DNA of 64,000 nucleotides from Bacillales bacterium (GTDB lineage Bacteria; Bacillota_I; Bacilli_A; RF39; UBA660): NCBI GenBank assembly GCA_016292035.1, contig JAEEZR010000026.1, positions 16,655 to 80,654 of the forward strand, read 5' to 3'. Shown piece by piece: positions 54,352 to 64,000 of this stretch (position 1 is its first letter; each line of letters starts with the position of its first letter). The notes under the pieces were generated by a model. It saw only the letters and a program-made list of their open reading frames with translations, ran no database searches and was not told where the DNA came from. The position numbers and the translations under genes were made by a program.

Positions 54352-54368
54352 CAAGTTCTTTTTATTTA
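54336..54368. terminator. bidirectional terminator (tmcAL / polA)
   Basis: AAGAACTTG-ATTAA-CAAGTTCTT with flanking A-run and T-run. Confidence 0.6.
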
Positions 54369-56974
54369 GCGTTATACCAGTCGCTTCCACTTTCAATTTC
54401 TACTTTTAAAGGAACAGATAGTTTAGTTATATTTTCCATAACATCTCTAACTAATTCTTTCATAGTTTCTTCTTCATCTTTTGGAACTGAGAACACAAGT
54501 TCATCATGTACTTGGACAAGCATTTTACTCTTTAAATTACGCTTAGTCATTTCTTGATCAACTTTTATCATAGCCATTTTAATAATATCAGCACTGCTTC
54601 CTTGTATAGGAGTATTAAGAGCTATTCTCTCTCCTGCTTTTCTAATAATATAGTTAGTATTTTTAAGCTCGTCTATTACTCTCTTTCTATTAAACATAGT
54701 TCTAGTATAGCCTTTATCTTTAGCATCAGCTACAATTGCTTCCATGTATTCTCTAACGCCACTATACATATTTAAATATTTATCTATTAAGAGTTTTGCT
54801 TCACTAGGTGTAACATCATCTAAGTTTTCAGAAAGTCCAAATCCACTTATACCATATACAATTCCAAATATAACAGCTTTAGCATTTCTTCTTTGAACTT
54901 TACTAACAGCTTCAAAAGGTACACCATAAACGTCGCTTGCTACTCTTGTATGAATGTCTTCATTATTATTAAACGCTCTAATCAAAGCTTCATCTTTAGT
55001 AATATGGGCAAGTACTCTAAGTTCTATTTGAGAATAGTCACTGCTCATTATTATTTCATTATCTTCTGGTTTAAAAGCTTTTCTAATTTGTTTACCAAGA
55101 TCATCCCTAATTGGTATATTTTGAAGATTAGGTTCTACGCTAGAAAGTCTTCCTGTTCTAGTAACAGCTTGCTTATAAATAGTATGTATTTTATTATCTT
55201 CCATTACATAAGTTTTTAAAGAATCCATATAAGTACTAATTAGTTTACTAATGTTTCTATACTCAAGTATTAAAGGAATAATATTGTGTGTATCTTTAAT
55301 CTTAACCAAAGTATCATGATCAGTAGGATATCCATTAGCGCCTTTCTTTTTACCATGAGGAAGGTTTAATTTTTCAAATAATATCTCTCCTAATTGTTTA
55401 GGACTTCCTATATTAAATTCACATCCTGCCATATTGTATATTTGATTACTAATAATAGTAAGCTTAGCTTCTAAGTCCATTTTCATATCATCTATGATAC
55501 TTTTATCTACTCTAAAGCCATTTATCTCCATCTTAGCTAAAACTCTAATTAAAGGCATTTCTATGTCATTAAACAAGTTTTCCATTTCTTCAGACTTTAA
55601 CTCTTCAATAAATAAGTTGTATGTGTTATAAATAAATATACTTTTTTCTCCAACACACTTTCTAAACTCATCTATTTCTTTAATTATTTCTCCTTTTTTA
55701 ACTAGAGTTTCATAAAAAGCAACGTCATATCCTTTAGCGCCTGCTATATAAGCAATATCGTCTTTAACATTATAATTTAAAAGATAAGCACATATCATTA
55801 AATCATAAACACAGTTATCTAAACTAATACCAAGTTTATTTAAAGACACAATAGCTTTCTTTAAATCATATGTGTATTTAGCATATTTAAATATATCTTT
55901 ATTATTTACTATACCTTCCTTATCAAGGAAATAGCACTTCTCTCCATCATAAATACTCATACCTAAAATATTAGCCTTATGATAATTGTCTTCACTAAGT
56001 TCTAAATAAAAAGCAAAATCACTACTTATATTAATCTTTTCATTAGTATAAATAACATCACTACTAATACTCTTCTTTTCTTCACTAATTTCTTCTTCGC
56101 TTTCAGACTCTAGTTTCTTAATCATAGTCCAAAACTCTAAATCTCTATATACATCAATTAGTTTTTTCTTATTAATACCGTCCCATTTAATATCTTCAAA
56201 AGTCATATTAAGAGGTACATCTCTATATATAGTAGCAATTTCTTTACTAAAGAAAGCATTATCTTTATCATTTTCTAGTTTCTTTCTAGTATTTTCACTG
56301 ATCTTATCTAAATTTTCATAAACTCCTTCAAGTGATCCATACTTACTAATTAAACTAATAGCAGTCTTTTCTCCTATTCCCTTAACTCCAGGAATATTAT
56401 CTGAAGCATCTCCCATAAGTGCTTTTAAATCAATCATTTTAATAGGCTCAGTTTGATAAGTATCAAAGAAAGTTTTCTCATCCATCATAATATAATCATG
56501 CTGCTTTAAGAGTTTAACATTAACATCACTACTAATAAGCTGAAGTAAATCTTTATCACTACTAACAATAGTAGCATCATACTCTTTATCTAAATCAGCC
56601 ATTTTGGCAAATGTACCAATAATATCATCAGCTTCATATAGTTCTGCATCAACTGCTTTTATCCCCATAGCATCAAGTACTTCATAAGCTTTAGGAAATT
56701 GCACTTTTAAATCACTAGGTGTTTCTATTCTACCTGCTTTATAGTTTTCATACTTATCATGTCTAAAGTTTTTACCCTTATCAAAAGCTACCATGATATA
56801 TTCAGGATTTTCTTCAGCTATAATCTTATTAATCATATTAACAAAACCATACACACCATTAGTAGGAAAATCTTTACTATTCTTCATTAAGCTTCCAGCA
56901 TATGCAGTAGCATAATAACTTCTAAATAAAAGATTATTACCATCAATTAATATTACTCTCTTCACTATAATCAC
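54362..56974 (-). CDS. polA: DNA polymerase I
   Basis: 5'-nuclease (ILIDGNNLLFRSYYA), GVKGIGEKTA, polymerase motifs (SSDYSQIELRVLAH, RRNAKAVIFGIVYG, QVHDELVF). Confidence 0.95.
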   Translation of the reverse strand: MIIVKRVILIDGNNLLFRSYYATAYAGSLMKNSKDFPTNGVYGFVNMINKIIAEENPEYIMVAFDKGKNFRHDKYENYKAGRIETPSDLKVQFPKAYEVLDAMGIKAVDAELYEADDIIGTFAKMADLDKEYDATIVSSDKDLLQLISSDVNVKLLKQHDYIMMDEKTFFDTYQTEPIKMIDLKALMGDASDNIPGVKGIGEKTAISLISKYGSLEGVYENLDKISENTRKKLENDKDNAFFSKEIATIYRDVPLNMTFEDIKWDGINKKKLIDVYRDLEFWTMIKKLESESEEEISEEKKSISSDVIYTNEKINISSDFAFYLELSEDNYHKANILGMSIYDGEKCYFLDKEGIVNNKDIFKYAKYTYDLKKAIVSLNKLGISLDNCVYDLMICAYLLNYNVKDDIAYIAGAKGYDVAFYETLVKKGEIIKEIDEFRKCVGEKSIFIYNTYNLFIEELKSEEMENLFNDIEMPLIRVLAKMEINGFRVDKSIIDDMKMDLEAKLTIISNQIYNMAGCEFNIGSPKQLGEILFEKLNLPHGKKKGANGYPTDHDTLVKIKDTHNIIPLILEYRNISKLISTYMDSLKTYVMEDNKIHTIYKQAVTRTGRLSSVEPNLQNIPIRDDLGKQIRKAFKPEDNEIIMSSDYSQIELRVLAHITKDEALIRAFNNNEDIHTRVASDVYGVPFEAVSKVQRRNAKAVIFGIVYGISGFGLSENLDDVTPSEAKLLIDKYLNMYSGVREYMEAIVADAKDKGYTRTMFNRKRVIDELKNTNYIIRKAGERIALNTPIQGSSADIIKMAMIKVDQEMTKRNLKSKMLVQVHDELVFSVPKDEEETMKELVRDVMENITKLSVPLKVEIESGSDWYNAK

Positions 56975-56991
56975 CTAATCTAATTATACAT

Positions 56992-57023
56992 AAAAAAAAT
57001 ACTTATTACTAGTAATAAGTATT
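56992..57023 (-). terminator. rho-independent terminator
   Basis: 26-nt palindrome AATACTTATTACTAGTAATAAGTATT followed by a T-run on the minus strand. Confidence 0.65.
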
Positions 57024-57028
57024 CATAA

Positions 57029-57901
57029 TTATTTACAAGAAGCACTTTTATGAGTATGAGTACTGCAGTATTTACCACTAACTTGGCAAAGTGTAAAACC
57101 ATGAGAATAACTTCCACAGTTATAGCCATCTACATAACAATATGCACTTTTGTTACCATCAGAATCAGTATAACTATTACATGTAATAGTTTTATTTGGA
57201 TAAAGTTCTTTAAATGCAGTTTTCATTTTTAATTTAGTAGTTTCAGAGTCAGTATCAAAATATGTATCATCCAAACAAAAGCTCTTATTTTCATAATATA
57301 AGCAAACTTCATGTCCCATAACGGTTCCATCGCCAGCTACTCTACTTCTAACATACTTACCAGCAGTAGTAAATCCAAGTTCTTCAACACTGTCATATGT
57401 AATTGTTGGTATTTTATTCTTTCCATAGCCAGAGTTTTCACCGCCTTGATCAGTAGTCCAGTATACGTATTTACCGCATGAACAGTTATTTCCATCACAC
57501 ACAAGAGTAGCATTTTCAACAAAATCTTCTTCATTTATACTATTAACATCAGTATTATTATAGTAACAATAATTAGAGTTAGATACACCAATAGATGATA
57601 TCTGATTATTAATAAAAGTAAGTATATAACTAGTATCAGCTGCATCATTAGATAATCTGTACTTACTAGTACAATTTGAACTAATTTTGTCACAGTAACG
57701 AGTTATATTAATTCCTTCCATAGTATCACTTTGTATTTTCTCTTCAGCTGCCTTCTTTATACTATTTACTTGAACTTTAAATGCATCCTTTTTACCACTA
57801 TTAAACATATTCAAAACATTAGGCATAATTAAAAGCATCAATATTGCAAGAATTGCTATAACAGCTAATAATTCAACTAATGTAAAACCATTCTTCTTCA
57901 T
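57029..57901 (-). CDS. type IV pilin-like protein with 148-aa Cys-rich C-terminal extension (290 aa, 14 Cys)
   Basis: MKKNGFTLVELLAVIAILAIL prepilin motif. Residues 41-142 parallel the 152-aa pilin (IGVSN.NYCY, TLVC, CSC). Confidence 0.7.
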   Translation of the reverse strand: MKKNGFTLVELLAVIAILAILMLLIMPNVLNMFNSGKKDAFKVQVNSIKKAAEEKIQSDTMEGINITRYCDKISSNCTSKYRLSNDAADTSYILTFINNQISSIGVSNSNYCYYNNTDVNSINEEDFVENATLVCDGNNCSCGKYVYWTTDQGGENSGYGKNKIPTITYDSVEELGFTTAGKYVRSRVAGDGTVMGHEVCLYYENKSFCLDDTYFDTDSETTKLKMKTAFKELYPNKTITCNSYTDSDGNKSAYCYVDGYNCGSYSHGFTLCQVSGKYCSTHTHKSASCK

Positions 57902-57953
57902 AAATGCACCTCTATCATATGTAAATTATATAGTAAATAAATCATTTAATCAA

Positions 57954-57981
57954 TAAAAAAGCACATATATAAATATGTGCT
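57954..57981 (-). terminator. rho-independent terminator after tig
   Basis: AGCACATAT / ATATGTGCT stem followed by a T-run on the minus strand. Confidence 0.65.
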
Positions 57982-57987
57982 ATAAAA

Positions 57988-59223
57988 TTACTTAGTTATT
58001 ATTTCTAAAGCTTTTCTAACTTCTAAATCATATTTTAAGAAATCTTTACCACCAAGTTCCTTAACTAATTCATCTTCAGATACTTGATATTTCTTAGCCA
58101 TATCTTTAGTATAGTCATCTACTTCTTTATCTTCTACTTTAATATTTTCTGCTTTAACAACTTCTTCAATAACTAATCTATATTTAACTCTCTTTTCAGC
58201 TTCGCCTTTGAAGTTTTCTTTGAAAGCATCTTTAGTAAGTCCTAGCATATTAATATAAGTATCGATATTCATTCCTTGCATTTGAAGTCTTTGAGCAAAA
58301 TCATCAGTAATTCTATCAATTTCTTCATCTATCATTTCTTTAGGAACTTCTACTTTAGCATTTTCAGCTACCTTAGATAAACATTCGTCAAAATATTTAT
58401 CTTCAATTTCTTGTTCTTTATGAGCTTTAATATGATTTTCAATTTCACTTCTTAATGATTTTTCATCAGTAACGCCTTCCATATTAAGGTCTTTAAAGAA
58501 GTCTTCATTATAAGAAGGAAGAACTCTTTCCTTAATTTCTTTAATAGTAACTTTAAATACTACTTTAGCGCCTTTTAATTCTTCACTATGATAGTTTTTA
58601 GGGAAAGTAAGATCAAGATCCTTAGTTTCACCTTTCTTCATTCCTACAAGTCCTTCTTCGAATCCAGGAATAAAGCTATTGCTTCCAATAACTAAAGGAT
58701 AATTTTCACCTTTACCACCATCAAAAGCTTTTCCATCCTTAAATCCTTCGAAATCTATAATAGCCTGGTCACCGTTTTCAACAGTACCTTCTTTATCTTT
58801 AAGTTCAATGAATTGTTCTCTAATATGAGAAAGTTCATGTTCAACTTCTTCTTTTTCTACTTTAGCTTCTTCTTTTTTAATTTTTAAATCTTTGTATTTA
58901 CCAAGTTTAACAGCTGGTTTTTCAGTAATACCAAAACTGATTTCAACATGGTCTTTATCTACAGCTTTAATGTCTACAGTAGGTCTGCAAGCTATTTTTA
59001 AGTCCTTATTTTCTTTTAATAATTTTTCATAAGCACTTGGAATAGCATGATCAACTGCGTCCATAAATAAGCTTTCAATACCAAATTTCTTTACATAAAC
59101 ATCAAATGGTACTTGTCCTTTTCTAAATCCATCAACTTTAATTTCATCTTTTTTATGTTCAAAACAATGATGAATTAATTCTTCCCATTCTTTACCTTTA
59201 ACTTCAATTACTATCTCTTTCAT
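57988..59223 (-). CDS. tig: trigger factor
   Basis: GFRKGQVP motif, FKBP-type PPIase core (FEGFKDGKAFDGGKGENYPLVIGSNSFIPGFEEGLVGMKKGE), helical C-terminal arm. Confidence 0.9.
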   Translation of the reverse strand: MKEIVIEVKGKEWEELIHHCFEHKKDEIKVDGFRKGQVPFDVYVKKFGIESLFMDAVDHAIPSAYEKLLKENKDLKIACRPTVDIKAVDKDHVEISFGITEKPAVKLGKYKDLKIKKEEAKVEKEEVEHELSHIREQFIELKDKEGTVENGDQAIIDFEGFKDGKAFDGGKGENYPLVIGSNSFIPGFEEGLVGMKKGETKDLDLTFPKNYHSEELKGAKVVFKVTIKEIKERVLPSYNEDFFKDLNMEGVTDEKSLRSEIENHIKAHKEQEIEDKYFDECLSKVAENAKVEVPKEMIDEEIDRITDDFAQRLQMQGMNIDTYINMLGLTKDAFKENFKGEAEKRVKYRLVIEEVVKAENIKVEDKEVDDYTKDMAKKYQVSEDELVKELGGKDFLKYDLEVRKALEIITK

Positions 59224-59232
59224 ATTAACTCC

Positions 59233-59706
59233 TTAACAAACTTTTGAAATTTTAACTTTATAAGTACCATTAGGTGAAGCAACTTCTACAGTTTCTCCTA
59301 CCTTTTTACCTAAAATAGCCTCAGCTATTGGGCTTTCATTAGATATCTTATTGTTAAATGGATCAGCTTCTTGTGAACCAACGATTCTATATTCTTCAGT
59401 ATCACTTTCATCTCCATCATAAGCAATAGTAACAGTAGAACCTACTGTTACAACACCATCATTTTTACCTTCTTCAATGATAGTGGAATGTTCTAATATA
59501 TATTCAACTTCTTTAATTCTTGCTTCAACCTTAGCTTGTTCATCTCTTGCTGCATCATATTCAGAGTTTTCAGATAAATCGCCAAGGGCTCTAGCTTCTT
59601 TTAAAGATTTTAGTACTTCTTCTCTTTTTTCAGTTTTTAATGTATTAAGTTCAGTTTCAAGTTCTAAATAACCTTCACTAGTTAAAAAATACTCTTTTTC
59701 TTTCAT
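59233..59706 (-). CDS. greA: transcription elongation factor GreA
   Basis: Start is the ATG at 59706 (RBS AAGGAGA). LGDLSENSEYDAARDEQ coiled-coil tip and C-terminal SPIAEAILGKKVGE. Confidence 0.9.
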   Translation of the reverse strand: MKEKEYFLTSEGYLELETELNTLKTEKREEVLKSLKEARALGDLSENSEYDAARDEQAKVEARIKEVEYILEHSTIIEEGKNDGVVTVGSTVTIAYDGDESDTEEYRIVGSQEADPFNNKISNESPIAEAILGKKVGETVEVASPNGTYKVKISKVC

Positions 59707-59795
59707 TATAGTCATCTCCTTAACAGTTTCTAATATTATCAAATTATATATGTTTTGTCAATAATAAAAGCACTTTTATAACAAACGTTCTTTCG

Positions 59796-60959
59796 TTACA
59801 TGATAGGTCTTCTTATTATATCATTAACACTATATTTAGCATCAGTTCTTATAAATAGAGTTTCTTCAGGATGATTAGCAACATCTCTTACATTTCCATC
59901 TATATCACTCATATTTGTAACTTTAAAAATGGTTGGCTTTGTATTTGGACCGAATACCTCAACTTCATCGCCCACTTTAAAGTTATTTCTTTGCTCAATA
60001 GTAATTACATCGTCATTAACGTCTTTTATAACCGCAAGAAAGTCTTGGTTAGAATTTTCTTGTCTACCAGTATAATACTGTTCATTTACCCCAGGCATCT
60101 TATCATAAAATTGAGGAGTATTATCTCTATTAGATACTCTATTCAAGACTTTTTTATAATATCTAAGTAGGTCATCATTAAGAGTGTTATTAATAGACGC
60201 ACTAACAATAGACTTATAAGCATTTACAACAGTAGCTATATAATACATACTTCTCATTCTTCCTTCAATTTTAAAAGAAGTAACACCTATTTTAACCAAA
60301 TCATCAATAAAGTCAACCATAGATAAGTCTTTAGAAGCAATTTGATAATCTTCACCATTTAAATTAAAGTTAAATCTACATACCTGAGAGCATCCACCTC
60401 TATTAGAGTCACGAAGTGTTACATAATTAGATAAAACACATCTGCCAGAATAACTAGTGCACATAGCGCCATGAATAAATACTTCTAACTCCATATTAGT
60501 AGCTTCTTTAATATCAATAATATCTTCTCTAGATGCTTCTCTTCCAAGAACTACCCTAGTAGCACCTAACCTTTTAAAGAATAATGCCGCTTCTCTATTT
60601 ACAGTAGATTCTTGAGTACTAATATGTATCTCAGGCTTTAAATTAAGTTCTTTAATCCTTCTAATAATACTAATATCACTTACAATATATGCATCAATTC
60701 CAATATTTGATAATTCTTTTAAATAAGAATCAACATTTTCTAAATCTTCATTATGAAATAGCATATTAACTGTTACATAAACCCTTTTATTTAAATTATG
60801 GGCAAAACTAACGGCTTCTTTAAGTTCATCAATAGTAAAATTATTAGCATTAGCTCTTAAACTATAATTAACTCCACCTATATATACAGCATCAGCTCCG
60901 TACATAAGTGCCCATTTAAGCCTTTCTAAATCTCCAGCAGGAGCAAGTATTTCAGCCAT
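59796..60959 (-). CDS. peptidase U32 family protein (YrrO/TrhP2-like, tRNA ho5U34 pathway)
   Basis: EILAPAGDLERLKWALMYGADAVYIGG N-terminus. Position after trmR and the yrrN-like gene, as in Bacillus. Confidence 0.7.
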   Translation of the reverse strand: MAEILAPAGDLERLKWALMYGADAVYIGGVNYSLRANANNFTIDELKEAVSFAHNLNKRVYVTVNMLFHNEDLENVDSYLKELSNIGIDAYIVSDISIIRRIKELNLKPEIHISTQESTVNREAALFFKRLGATRVVLGREASREDIIDIKEATNMELEVFIHGAMCTSYSGRCVLSNYVTLRDSNRGGCSQVCRFNFNLNGEDYQIASKDLSMVDFIDDLVKIGVTSFKIEGRMRSMYYIATVVNAYKSIVSASINNTLNDDLLRYYKKVLNRVSNRDNTPQFYDKMPGVNEQYYTGRQENSNQDFLAVIKDVNDDVITIEQRNNFKVGDEVEVFGPNTKPTIFKVTNMSDIDGNVRDVANHPEETLFIRTDAKYSVNDIIRRPIM

Positions 60960-61750
60960 TATTTCACCCCCAATTTATAAATAATCTTATTCATTAAGAA
61001 ATAATTGTTTACTTTAATCATTTTATTTAATTCTTTATTACTATAATTACTTAAAACAATATCTTTCTCTTCACTAGTAAAATTACTAAAGTTAATGATG
61101 ACATTAAAATTATTAAATGAATCTAAATAATCGTTAATACTAAATATTTCTTTAGTAAATATAGTAGTGCCTTTATCTTCTTCTTTAATAATTAACTCTT
61201 TTTTACTAATATCTTCAACTATTATATTATTATCACTAATACTTTGATCATTCTTAAAGTCTCTATAAGAAGATATAAGCTTTCTTCTAGAATACATAAT
61301 ATTATTCTTATTAATGCCAAATATAAATAAATTACTACTAGTTTTACTATCAATCTCTTTTATTTCATCAATAGTTAAATCATTATTAATAACAACATTT
61401 TTAATACCCAAAGAATTAAAATAATTAACAGCGTCATAGTTGTTTAATATATGATTTTGATAAAGAACAATTTTATCTTTATCAATCATACTAATAAGCC
61501 CTAAATCCTCAATAAAGAATAGATTAACACTATCTTTTAAAGAATCTAATACACTTTTAATACTATCAATGTCTTCCTTATGAAGAAGTCTATTAATAAT
61601 AACATTTACCTTTCTACTCTTAGAAATATTAATAATTTCTTCTTTATCAAAATAAACATTAAAACCAATAGAATAGTTTAAAAGTGGAAGAACAAGTTCT
61701 TCCTTATACTTATCTAATTCTTTATCACTTGGAATCATAAAATATTTCAT
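60959..61750 (-). CDS. U32-related protein (YrrN/TrhP1-like) by synteny
   Basis: Sits between the trmR-like gene and the U32 gene. Sequence similarity to U32 is weak by eye. Confidence 0.4.
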   Translation of the reverse strand: MKYFMIPSDKELDKYKEELVLPLLNYSIGFNVYFDKEEIINISKSRKVNVIINRLLHKEDIDSIKSVLDSLKDSVNLFFIEDLGLISMIDKDKIVLYQNHILNNYDAVNYFNSLGIKNVVINNDLTIDEIKEIDSKTSSNLFIFGINKNNIMYSRRKLISSYRDFKNDQSISDNNIIVEDISKKELIIKEEDKGTTIFTKEIFSINDYLDSFNNFNVIINFSNFTSEEKDIVLSNYSNKELNKMIKVNNYFLMNKIIYKLGVK

Positions 61751-61753
61751 ATA

Positions 61754-62335
61754 TTACATCCTTTCTAATAAAATAAGACCGTCACCTACATTAATCCTAG
61801 TTACTTTAAATTCAGTTTGTTCATCTAGATAATTAAGAAAGTTCTCAATTTTTCTAACTAAAGCTCTTAAATTTCTAGAAGGTATTTCACTGCTTTTACC
61901 AACTAACCCATGAAAACCTACATTATCAATAATTATATATCCATTATCTTCTAAATTATCTTTAAAGTTATTAATAAAATTAATATTTTGAGCTTTAGCA
62001 GCATCAATAAAAATCAAGTCAAATTTATCATATAGCTTTATATTTAATGCATCGCCTAAAATAAGTTTAATATTATCTTTTAAGTCACTACTATTAATAT
62101 AGCTAACAGCTTTATTATATCTATTTTCATCTCGCTCAATACTAGTGACATAAGAGCCCATAGAAGCAATCTTAAGAGCACTATAACCAATGGCTGTGCC
62201 TATTTCTAAAGTATTCTTAATATTTTTTTCTTTAACAAAATTCTGTAAATAATTAATTCCCTCTTTAAGCATAATAGGAACGTTAGCCTCTTTAGCATAA
62301 CGTTCCATATCATTAAATAAATCATTCAAATTCAT
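61754..62335 (-). CDS. trmR: class I SAM-dependent O-methyltransferase (YrrM/TrmR-like)
   Basis: LEIGTAIGYSALKIA SAM motif, DLIFIDAAKAQ, 193 aa, yrr synteny. Confidence 0.7.
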   Translation of the reverse strand: MNLNDLFNDMERYAKEANVPIMLKEGINYLQNFVKEKNIKNTLEIGTAIGYSALKIASMGSYVTSIERDENRYNKAVSYINSSDLKDNIKLILGDALNIKLYDKFDLIFIDAAKAQNINFINNFKDNLEDNGYIIIDNVGFHGLVGKSSEIPSRNLRALVRKIENFLNYLDEQTEFKVTRINVGDGLILLERM

Positions 62336-63404
62336 ACCATAAGCCTTCGTTCTTTAGTCTATTAATAGTATTTACATGTTCTGTATAAGTTTTAGAAGAA
62401 TAAAGATTTCCTTCTTTATCAGTTACAAAATAGTAATAACTATTATTCTCTGGATTTAAGCTAGCTTTAATAGCACTCATATTAAATGCACATATAGGCC
62501 CAACTGGAAGACCTAAATTAGAAGAACACCTAGTATTATATTTATTATTACATGAATCTATTTCCTCGACAGTTAAATCTCTAGAACCAATTTTAACATG
62601 ATTAGCATAGTAAGTAGTAACATCACTTCCTAGACCCATACCATCATTAATTCTATTATTAAATATTCCAGCAATTACTTTCATATCATCTAAATAGCTG
62701 CCTTCTAGTTGTAAAATACTAGCCATAGTTAATATTTCATGTACACTTTTACCACTTTTATCTATATCATTTTTAACACTATCTAGCTTATTTTTAGTGT
62801 TTTCAAGAGCCTTCTCTATATAATCTTTAACATCAGCATCTTTATAAACTCTATAAAGATCAGGATATAAATAACCTTCAAGTGAATAATAAATGTCTTC
62901 ATTAAGCACATCATCCGTTAAAAACCAGTAAGCATCAATAAGTTCATTAAGATATTTGCTATCATTAAACACAGCTTTAACTTCATCTTTACTCTTATTA
63001 GAAAGATCACTTATTGTAGCAATTATATCATCAATTGTGTCTCCCTCTTTAATTAAAAATTCCACTTCAGCAGCATGAGATATATTATCAGTACTTAATA
63101 TTTCATATATCTTAGTAGCGCTGTAGCTTTTACTAATCGTAAAACTTCCAGCATCAATGCCATCATTATTAAATATTTTACTATAAACTTTTAAAGCAAA
63201 AGCGCTTCTAATATATCCTTTACTCTCTAAATCATTAAACACTTCATAAACGCTTTTACCTAGTTCTACATCGTACGAAAAGACACTATCATCATTAGAT
63301 ACAGGACTTAGTTTAAAACAAAAAACTCCAAATATTAATAATAATATTAAAACAAATAAAATAACTAAAAATAAAATCAATTTTTTCAAACTAAATTTTT
63401 TCAT
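62322..63404 (-). CDS. mltG: endolytic murein transglycosylase MltG (YceG-like)
   Basis: N-terminal TM helix, YNTR...GLPVGPICAFNMSAIKASLNP motif. Confidence 0.85.
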   Translation of the reverse strand: MKKFSLKKLILFLVILFVLILLLIFGVFCFKLSPVSNDDSVFSYDVELGKSVYEVFNDLESKGYIRSAFALKVYSKIFNNDGIDAGSFTISKSYSATKIYEILSTDNISHAAEVEFLIKEGDTIDDIIATISDLSNKSKDEVKAVFNDSKYLNELIDAYWFLTDDVLNEDIYYSLEGYLYPDLYRVYKDADVKDYIEKALENTKNKLDSVKNDIDKSGKSVHEILTMASILQLEGSYLDDMKVIAGIFNNRINDGMGLGSDVTTYYANHVKIGSRDLTVEEIDSCNNKYNTRCSSNLGLPVGPICAFNMSAIKASLNPENNSYYYFVTDKEGNLYSSKTYTEHVNTINRLKNEGLWYEFE

Positions 63405-63406
63405 TA

Positions 63407-63661
63407 CTACTCCTTGCTACCTTGAATGCTATTTAATACATCTCTTATAAATTCCCAATCTTTATCATCTTTGATTGATTTAACTTTATATTTCTTCCCA
63501 ACTTCTTCATATAAAGCCGCATAGCATAAAGTATCATCACTTTTTTTCTCATCCTTAGTATAAACTACAAAGTTTTTACCATCAACGTCTTCCATAGTAA
63601 GAATAACCCTGTACTCTTTTTCCTTACCATCTTCTTCAATAAAAATTTTATTACTTTCCAT
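63407..63661 (-). CDS. DUF1292 (YrzB-like) protein
   Basis: 84 aa, acidic, with EYRVILTMEDVDGKNFVVYT pattern, between ruvX and mltG as in Bacillus. Confidence 0.65.
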   Translation of the reverse strand: MESNKIFIEEDGKEKEYRVILTMEDVDGKNFVVYTKDEKKSDDTLCYAALYEEVGKKYKVKSIKDDKDWEFIRDVLNSIQGSKE

Positions 63662-64000
63662 TATTACTCCTATCCAAATAGCTTTGAAGAATTAAACTAG
63701 CAGCAAGTTTATCTACTACTTTCTTTCTGTCTTTTCTTCTTTCACCATTTTCTATAAGCATATTATTAACTATCACTGAAGTGAATCTTTCATCTTCCAT
63801 AATAACATTAACATGATATCTATTTTCAAGTAAATCTTTCATTTCAAAAGAAAGTTTACTTCTATCACTAAGAGAACCATCAAGGTTTTTAGGATTACCT
63901 AAAACTATAGTATCAATTTTATATTTATCAAAATAAACATCAAGCTTAGAATAAAGCTCATCAAAAGAGCTATATCTTATAGTCTCAATAGGACTAGCAA
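63651..64000 (-). CDS. ruvX: Holliday junction resolvase-like RuvX/YqgF (5' end beyond window)
   Basis: The frame stays open upstream of the track's Met to the window edge: ...IDTIVLGNPKNLDGSLSDRSKLSFE...EDERFTS...AASLILQSYL. Confidence 0.75.
   Translation of the reverse strand, partial: ASPIETIRYSSFDELYSKLDVYFDKYKIDTIVLGNPKNLDGSLSDRSKLSFEMKDLLENRYHVNVIMEDERFTSVIVNNMLIENGERRKDRKKVVDKLAASLILQSYLDRSNNGK

Overview
This 64-kb window comes from a very AT-rich, low-GC Firmicute-type chromosome. It uses the standard genetic code, carries sporulation-type genes (spoIVB, spoVB-like, spoIIM-like, ylbJ-like), and shows long stretches of Bacillus-like synteny (ylb block: ylbJ/ylbL ... ylbM-yceD-rpmF; yrr/yrv block: ruvX-DUF1292-mltG-trmR-U32-U32-greA and comN-secDF-relA-dtd ... 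hisS ... tcdA-rarA). About 70 CDS are supported. Most are core housekeeping genes: nusB, xseAB, tex, mnmA, deoB, xerD, rarA, hisS, ruvAB, dtd, relA, secDF, comEA/comEC, dnaE, radC, rpmF, polA, tig and greA. I found no tRNA, rRNA, CRISPR array, transposase or phage integrase. The clear accessory region is 36.7-44.1 kb. It is a same-strand string of ten orphan, mostly monocistronic genes next to comEC. It includes a Doc/Fic-like protein, a protein with an ART/RES-like (NAD-utilising toxin-like) N-domain, a Cys-His-Asp papain-fold-like protein, a pair of diverged paralogues bracketing the toxin-like genes, and two internally duplicated proteins. A decayed second copy of the comEC 3' end sits at the comEC-proximal edge. 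Other points worth a second look are listed here. Ribosomal protein L32 carries a 9-residue N-terminal extension resembling the Prp-cleaved L27 propeptide. A ~160-nt structured RNA upstream of tcdA is a probable 6S RNA. A ClpX-like ATPase with a novel 330-aa N-domain plus a wHTH partner sits where aspS lies in Bacillus. Two unannotated 36-codon ORFs have strong RBSs (one hydrophobic, one extremely basic). Dispersed type IV pilin genes share identical N-termini despite many synonymous codon differences, and have Cys-rich C-termini. Two membrane-anchored HExxH proteins are present. The hydrolase motifs of the long RSH look degenerate. All functional calls are by-eye motif and synteny recognition, and no database search was run.
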